A stretch of 12,782 bases of DNA, taken from NCBI GenBank assembly GCA_005191425.1, contig SUPR01000094.1, positions 1 to 12,782 of the forward strand, read 5' to 3'. Below, piece after piece: positions 7,607 through 12,782 of this stretch. Under the pieces are notes generated by a model. That model did not search any database. It had not been told where the DNA came from and saw only the letters and a program-made list of their open reading frames with translations. The stretch's first letter is position 1. Each line of letters opens with the position of its first letter. The position numbers were made by a program, and so were the translations under genes. Source of the stretch: Candidatus Helarchaeota ASGARD archaeon Hel_GB_B. GTDB taxonomy: Archaea > Asgardarchaeota > Lokiarchaeia > Helarchaeales > HEL-GB-B.

Positions 7607-8854
7607 TTATTCATCATATGAAATTAAGATATTAAGTGGATCTTTACCTGCGCATGCAAATACTAAAATTTCTCCGTTTTGTATATTTAACTCATTAAGA
7701 GTTTTATTTGGGTCTCTTAATCTCTCTACAAAAGGGTTCCAAATAGTCTTTTTGGTCAGTTCAACGGTAATCAAGCAAGAATCGGGGTCGCATTCTCCAA
7801 TTGCAGATGAAACTAGTCCAAACAATGTATCTATGTGCTCATTTTTATTGATAGTTACTTCTATAGTTTCGAACTTTCCACTACCACAATGCAAACAATT
7901 CGGGTCCTTCGCAATATCTATTAATTCAAATATTCCATACACTCCGTTATAATTCAAATATGGCGGACTCATTATAGGACCAATATCTTTACCCTTCAAT
8001 TTGTGCAAGATTTTTAGAATTTCATGAGATTGAATAGCTGCTATAACTGCAGTAACTGTTTGAATTGCGGGCATTTTATTTTTCAAGATATTTTCCATAT
8101 CATCGAATTTAAAATCAGGTTTAAAGTCGAATTTTTTTGCAATTTCATTAGATTTATTTACAAGCCAAATAATATCATCATCATTATCAAAATCCGGAGT
8201 ACGACTGAATCTATTTCCGAATTCATATTCTGCTTTTAGGACACAATGTTCTCGTTTTTTTGGAATACCTTTCGGAGTACAAGCTGCAATCAATTTTTCA
8301 TCTGCTGGAGGGATTGGAAGCAGACATTTTAGACATGGTGTGGATTCAAGACCTTCAATACCTTCAGGAATCACTATATGAACATGTCCTTCAAAACCCA
8401 ATGTACCAGAATCAATCAATGGCTTTTTAAGTCTAATACAGATCTTATTTAAGTCCATTCTTGCTTTAATATTATCTAATCCACCTATTATCAAATCGCA
8501 TTTCTTATATACTTCTAATGGGATCTCTTGTAAAAAGGTAAAATATGTTTCAATATTCATATATGGATTAAATTTTTTTAATTCTCTAGCAGCTACTTCT
8601 GCCTTCGGTTTTCCTTCATCTCCAGGTTTAAATAACATCTGACGAGAAAGATTACTGGTTTCAATTGTATCATTGTCGACCAAGATCATATTACCAATAC
8701 CAACTAGAGCAAGGTTTTTTGCTATTTCACAACCGAGAGCTCCAACACCGATCATAAATACTGTTGAATTTTTAATGATGTCTTGATCCCAGCCTTCCAA
8801 CAAGGAATGTCGTGTATATAATCTTTTTTCTTTAGTTTTTGGAGTTTTGTCCAT
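7607..8854 (-). CDS. Ubiquitin-family activating enzyme E1, eukaryote-like (UBA3/UBA2-type), with catalytic-Cys domain and C-terminal ubiquitin-fold domain
   Basis: Motifs GVGALGCE, DNDTIETSNLSRQMLF and GLDNIKAR; Zn pair CLKC...CLHC; catalytic motif ACTPKGIPKKREHC (compare CT...P...EHC in UBA3/UBA2); PAIQTVTAVIAA; C-terminal TLNELNIQNGEILV. AGGTG at 8865-8861 favours ATG 8854. Confidence 0.9.
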   Translation of the reverse strand: MDKTPKTKEKRLYTRHSLLEGWDQDIIKNSTVFMIGVGALGCEIAKNLALVGIGNMILVDNDTIETSNLSRQMLFKPGDEGKPKAEVAARELKKFNPYMNIETYFTFLQEIPLEVYKKCDLIIGGLDNIKARMDLNKICIRLKKPLIDSGTLGFEGHVHIVIPEGIEGLESTPCLKCLLPIPPADEKLIAACTPKGIPKKREHCVLKAEYEFGNRFSRTPDFDNDDDIIWLVNKSNEIAKKFDFKPDFKFDDMENILKNKMPAIQTVTAVIAAIQSHEILKILHKLKGKDIGPIMSPPYLNYNGVYGIFELIDIAKDPNCLHCGSGKFETIEVTINKNEHIDTLFGLVSSAIGECDPDSCLITVELTKKTIWNPFVERLRDPNKTLNELNIQNGEILVFACAGKDPLNILISYDE

Positions 8855-8966
8855 AATATACACCTAATAAAAAAACAATTTTAATAATATAAATTTATAA
8901 CATTATTATTTCTAGAATATTAAAAAATTGTTAAGTAAAAATGGATTAGTGATTGTTGAAAAATAA

Positions 8967-10256
8967 TTATTCGTTAATATTATCATCATCCGAAGTGTTC
9001 TGGGAGGGTAAATCTGATGTCGCTGTGTCTGATGCATTTGATGGCATATCCGATGTTTCACTAATAGTCTGGGGTGGTGTCCTCAAACAATATGCGCATT
9101 TATTAATTGCTCTTATATTTTGTTCCCAGCAATGTAAATGATATGGTTTCCCACAATAGGGACATTTATAAAAGCACGCTTCAGAACCATCTTGGGGCGA
9201 CAATGATTTTCCACAAGTCGGGCATTCTATTTTATGACAAATAATACAAGATAACACTGATGCGCTAAAAATTGACTTAGAAATTGAGTTAAAAACATCT
9301 ATTAAATAATGAAACGGGTCCCAAACAGCTAATGTGGCTTCAGTAGCGCTTGAAAGTGTTTCAGCTATTTTATCATCTTGAATTTCTGTTTTGAGCGAAA
9401 AAATCGGCTTAGACATTGGATAATCATTTGGAATTTCTACATCAAAGGAAAAGACCATATCACTTGTATTCATTACTCCCTTTAAATCAGCATGAATTTT
9501 CCGCTGTTCTGCGTCATATTGTATATTTTGAAGTCCTCCATACAATAAATCTACTTCAAAATTCATTCTTTCATGTTGATCTATTTTCCATTGAATATCT
9601 CTTAATATATCATTTATTTGATATTCAGGCATCCAATTTTTTATTTTGTCAAAATTATCTGAAGGGCCAATTATTTCTTGTAATTCGGTAGAAAATTTGA
9701 ATTGCGGCGGATTAAATTGCGAGGATAAATAGATATCTAATTTATACTCCTTCCACCCATATGTAATAAATGTAATTAAATAATGATTTCTAGAATCACC
9801 AGCTGGATCAATTTTAAATTCATGGGCAATCTGTTCTGCTTGGGCTTTGTATGTACTAATTTCATAAAGTATTGTTTCTAATTCTCGAACGACATTTAAA
9901 ACTGGTGGTGGATTTGAAGAATCCCAATTTTTTAAAGTGTTTAAAACTTCATTTGGGTCTCCTAGAATATTTTTTACTGATTCTTGTACTGTAATTAGTG
10001 GTTTTTCATTTGGATAAGCAGAAAAATCTATTCCAACTATATAATGTTCAGTTACTGATGCATCTATATAAATTTTAAGCCTAGAAATTATTCCATCAAC
10101 TAATTCAACTTGAAATTCGTTCATAATTTGTTGAGCTTGAGTGGCTAATATTACATCTGAATCATTGTCTATCTCATAACCACTTTCAGTATCTTTTTCT
10201 GGCTCTTCATCTTCATCGATAACCAGTTCATCTTCATCATTATTTTCTTCGGCCAT
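8967..10256 (-). CDS. Putative RING E3 ligase: acidic N-terminus, three tandem inactive E2-like (UEV/RWD) folds and a C4HC3 RING (FANCL-like architecture)
   Basis: Three units of about 95-105 aa share QAqQI..EF / YP..kP or FNPP / W.P...L.dV motifs. There is no Cys before residue 337. C-terminal CPTC...CPYCGKPYHLHC...CAYC. AAGGAGG RBS at 10264-10270. Confidence 0.75.
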   Translation of the reverse strand: MAEENNDEDELVIDEDEEPEKDTESGYEIDNDSDVILATQAQQIMNEFQVELVDGIISRLKIYIDASVTEHYIVGIDFSAYPNEKPLITVQESVKNILGDPNEVLNTLKNWDSSNPPPVLNVVRELETILYEISTYKAQAEQIAHEFKIDPAGDSRNHYLITFITYGWKEYKLDIYLSSQFNPPQFKFSTELQEIIGPSDNFDKIKNWMPEYQINDILRDIQWKIDQHERMNFEVDLLYGGLQNIQYDAEQRKIHADLKGVMNTSDMVFSFDVEIPNDYPMSKPIFSLKTEIQDDKIAETLSSATEATLAVWDPFHYLIDVFNSISKSIFSASVLSCIICHKIECPTCGKSLSPQDGSEACFYKCPYCGKPYHLHCWEQNIRAINKCAYCLRTPPQTISETSDMPSNASDTATSDLPSQNTSDDDNINE

Positions 10257-10306
10257 TTATAAGCCTCCTTCATTTAATTGAATATAATATATTAATTTTT
10301 ATATAT

Positions 10307-11596
10307 TTAATCAATTTTCTTCAATTTTTTTAAAATAATAGAACGCTGCTCTAATTTTAATAACATGTTTGATTCAACATTCTCCTCAATATTTAAACCT
10401 GCGGAAATAACCGAGTTGCAGCCTATCATTTTACCAGGAAAAATAGATACATTAATACCAATGAATGCATTATCACCAATTATAGCACCAAACTTTTTCA
10501 ATGGCACCTCAAATATCTCGTCCTTAATTTTTACTTTAATTTTTTCCTTATGTGAAATATTCCAGGTCTGAGTACCTGCACCAAATTCTACATTTTTTCC
10601 AATAATACTATCTCCTACGTAGCTTAATCTCCCAATAGATGTGTTATCGAAAATTATGCTATTTTTTATTTCAACACCAAATCCGACAACGCAATTTTTT
10701 CCTATTGTAGAATATTCTCTAACTAGTGCATTAGTCCCTATTATTGCTCCCTCCTGAATCACGCAAGGCCCTTGAATAACTGCCCCCGGTCTAATTATCA
10801 CATTTTTGTCTATATAAACTGGCCCTTCTATTTTTGATATGCTTGAAATTCTAGCCGATTTATCTATAAACGACCCCGATTCAAAAAGGCCTCGAGACAA
10901 TATAAATTGGTTTGCACGTAATAAATCCCATGGATAGGTAATTTCGATCCATTCTTTTTCCCAAACCGATGCATATACATTATTATTTCTATTTATAATT
11001 TCTTGAATTGATAAATCAAGTCTACTTGTTTTTTCTAGATGTTCAAATATCTCATTTCTAAAAATATAAACCCCTGAAACTACATAATTTGACTCACATT
11101 TTTCAGGTTTCTCAACTAACTTGGTAATTCTTGCTTCCGAATCTATTGTCGCTACTCCATATAGATGTGGGTTGTCCACTAACGTTATAGATATAGTTGC
11201 ATCCGCATTCATATTATTATGAGTTTGAATTGTTCTTAAGATCATATCTGGGTCTGAAAAAATATCCGCATGAACAATTATGAATTCTTTTTCGTCTTTT
11301 AGCTCATTTTTTGCAGTTAAAATTGCATTTTCAACATTTGGTTTATCTTGTTCTAAATATTTAATCTTTATACCAAAATTAAATCCATTACCAAAATATT
11401 CTGTAATTTGCTCTTTTTTATAACCCACAACTATTAAAATATCCTTTAAATTGGATTCTTTTAAGCTATTAATAACCCACTCTAAAACTGGCTTACCCGC
11501 TATCTTTATCATTGGCTTAACTGTAGTTTCTGTTATCGGTGTTAATCTACACCCTTTCCCAGCAGCAAGGATAAGTACCTTCATTAAAATTACCAT
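10307..11596 (-). CDS. glmU: Bifunctional sugar-1-phosphate nucleotidylyltransferase / acetyltransferase, GlmU-like (NTP transferase plus left-handed beta-helix)
   Basis: Motifs LILAAGKGCRLTP...KPMI, VGYK, YGVA and VEKP, followed by hexapeptide repeats (IEGPVYIDKNVIIRPGAVIQGPCVIQEGAIIG...SYVGDSIIG...FGAIIGD). The start could also be ATG 11584. Substrate is not established. Confidence 0.8.
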   Translation of the reverse strand: MVILMKVLILAAGKGCRLTPITETTVKPMIKIAGKPVLEWVINSLKESNLKDILIVVGYKKEQITEYFGNGFNFGIKIKYLEQDKPNVENAILTAKNELKDEKEFIIVHADIFSDPDMILRTIQTHNNMNADATISITLVDNPHLYGVATIDSEARITKLVEKPEKCESNYVVSGVYIFRNEIFEHLEKTSRLDLSIQEIINRNNNVYASVWEKEWIEITYPWDLLRANQFILSRGLFESGSFIDKSARISSISKIEGPVYIDKNVIIRPGAVIQGPCVIQEGAIIGTNALVREYSTIGKNCVVGFGVEIKNSIIFDNTSIGRLSYVGDSIIGKNVEFGAGTQTWNISHKEKIKVKIKDEIFEVPLKKFGAIIGDNAFIGINVSIFPGKMIGCNSVISAGLNIEENVESNMLLKLEQRSIILKKLKKID

Positions 11597-12084
11597 ATTT
11601 CACATAATAAAGTAAAGTATGTTATTTTTTTAGACCGATGTTATTTAATTTTTTTTTAATCACAACTAATTCATATATTACAATTAATTATTTCATCTGG
11701 TCAGTTTAATTTATCTATTTTTATCTTCAAAACTTTAATTCAATAATTAAATTTAAGAACTTTATTGACTTATAAGTCTTGGCTAATTACAATTTCTAAA
11801 TTTCAATCAACAAAGACTGATCGGTGTCATTGGAAAGAATTACTCTTTCCTCCTTATTATTAGAAGCCTTTTTAGAGCGTAAAGCAGATATTCTCATTGA
11901 ACCCACTATTAATAACAAAACAAGGATTCTCTTTTAGATAAAATATTCTAGAATTGATACTATTGCATTTTAGTTATTGTATTTAAACTTTTCTATCAAA
12001 CTGACTTATTACCATTACTAATATTGCTTTACGTTTCTCCAATTTTATTAAGTTCTAATGCTGGTTAAAATCAGGTATAATTAT

Positions 12085-12744
12085 TTATTTTAAACTTTCA
12101 TAGTCCTCGAGGGTAGCAAGTGCAGCTGACCAACTTTTTATGGTCGCAAGCATTCCATCGAGAGTTCTATCACCTCCTATAATTGTAGATTTTAACCTTC
12201 TTCTCCAAGTTAAATTAAAATAAGGATATATTGGACTTATTTTTCCTTCTTTTTCAGAATAACTGGGTTGTAATGACCATGTTATTTTGTTTGTGCTAAA
12301 AATGACCTGATAACATGAATCAATATCGGTATTTTTATATAAATATAATTTAGTAAAATCAATCTTGTATTTAAGGTTATAATAAATAGCACAAGTTAAT
12401 AAAATATGATATTTTAATGAACTAAATGGATACATTCTTGATTCTGAATAAAAGTTCAAAAGTTTCGAGTGTAAAATTTTATGGTGCAATTTTCTTGGGT
12501 CATTTTCATTAAATAATTTTTTTATTAATATCCTTTTATAAGCCAAGATTTCTCTACTATTGTTATTATAAGAATGTTTTAATAATGATTGTCTGATATA
12601 TTTTTTATTAAATTTAGATTTCATCCAATTTCTGCTAAACCAGGCTGCAATACCATCGGCTCTTCTGGCATTGTTATTTGGTAATGCTTTTGAATGAGGA
12701 GTACTTAATGGAATTATTTTATGTAGGTCATGTTTAAGTACCAT
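12085..12744 (-). CDS. Hypothetical protein, 219 aa (possibly 226 aa from an ATT start at 12765)
   Basis: 660-bp ORF with protein-like blocks (RRADGIAAWF, SSLKYHILL, IGGDRTLDGMLATIKSWSAAL). GAGGTGA lies upstream at 12778-12772. No family recognised. Confidence 0.7.
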   Translation of the reverse strand: MVLKHDLHKIIPLSTPHSKALPNNNARRADGIAAWFSRNWMKSKFNKKYIRQSLLKHSYNNNSREILAYKRILIKKLFNENDPRKLHHKILHSKLLNFYSESRMYPFSSLKYHILLTCAIYYNLKYKIDFTKLYLYKNTDIDSCYQVIFSTNKITWSLQPSYSEKEGKISPIYPYFNLTWRRRLKSTIIGGDRTLDGMLATIKSWSAALATLEDYESLK

Positions 12745-12782
12745 TAAAAATTCATTATTATTAATTATTATTCACCTCATTC

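Noticed and set aside
7607-7873. Ubiquitin-like fold at the E1 C-terminus considered as a fused ubiquitin
   Set aside because: It ends in YDE with no diglycine, and its position and sequence fit the E2-recruiting ubiquitin-fold domain of canonical E1s.
7584-10571. Short plus-strand track ORFs 7584-7952, 8024-8239, 8953-9141, 9416-9691 and 10365-10571
   Set aside because: Antisense shadows of the E1, RING and GlmU-like genes, with no independent support.
6392-11596. Single four-gene operon linking sugar-nucleotide synthesis to ubiquitination
   Set aside because: The genes are co-oriented, but the 50-130 bp spacers contain T-tracts and TATA-like elements. No sequence evidence ties the GlmU-like gene functionally to the E1/E3 pair.
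11796-11897. 33-aa minus-strand ORF (MRISALRSKK...) and a 7-bp hairpin at 11832-11850
   Set aside because: No RBS, no motif and no diglycine end. A 7-bp stem is expected by chance. Cannot be supported as a gene or ncRNA.

Overview
Very AT-rich, gene-dense prokaryotic window. Its gene content (eukaryote-like E1, RING E3, MglA-like small GTPase, archaeal-type LeuC/D and GlmU-like genes, GGTGA/GGAGG ribosome-binding sites) suggests an Asgard archaeon; this is inference. From left to right: (1) a 5'-complete proline-rich protein on the minus strand that the ORF track missed (CTG start at 1083, runs off the window, ends in a 78-bp tandem repeat); (2) an unlisted 54-aa basic CxxC-CxxC zinc-finger gene; (3) an MglA-like GTPase whose P-loop lies upstream of the first ATG, so it needs a non-canonical start (ATC at 2418); (4) a helical plus SRPBCC-domain protein; (5) leuC/leuD-family hydratase subunits; (6) a membrane-anchored, sequon-rich prenyltransferase-fold protein; (7) a UBA3-like ubiquitin-family E1; (8) a protein with three tandem Cys-free E2-like folds and a C4HC3 RING, which is the domain order of eukaryotic FANCL; (9) a GlmU-like nucleotidyl/acetyltransferase; (10) a 219-aa unknown. 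The strongest candidate for a new system is the adjacent UBA3-like E1 plus FANCL-like E3. No rRNA, tRNA, CRISPR array or transposase was recognised. All family calls come from reading motifs by eye, with no database searches.
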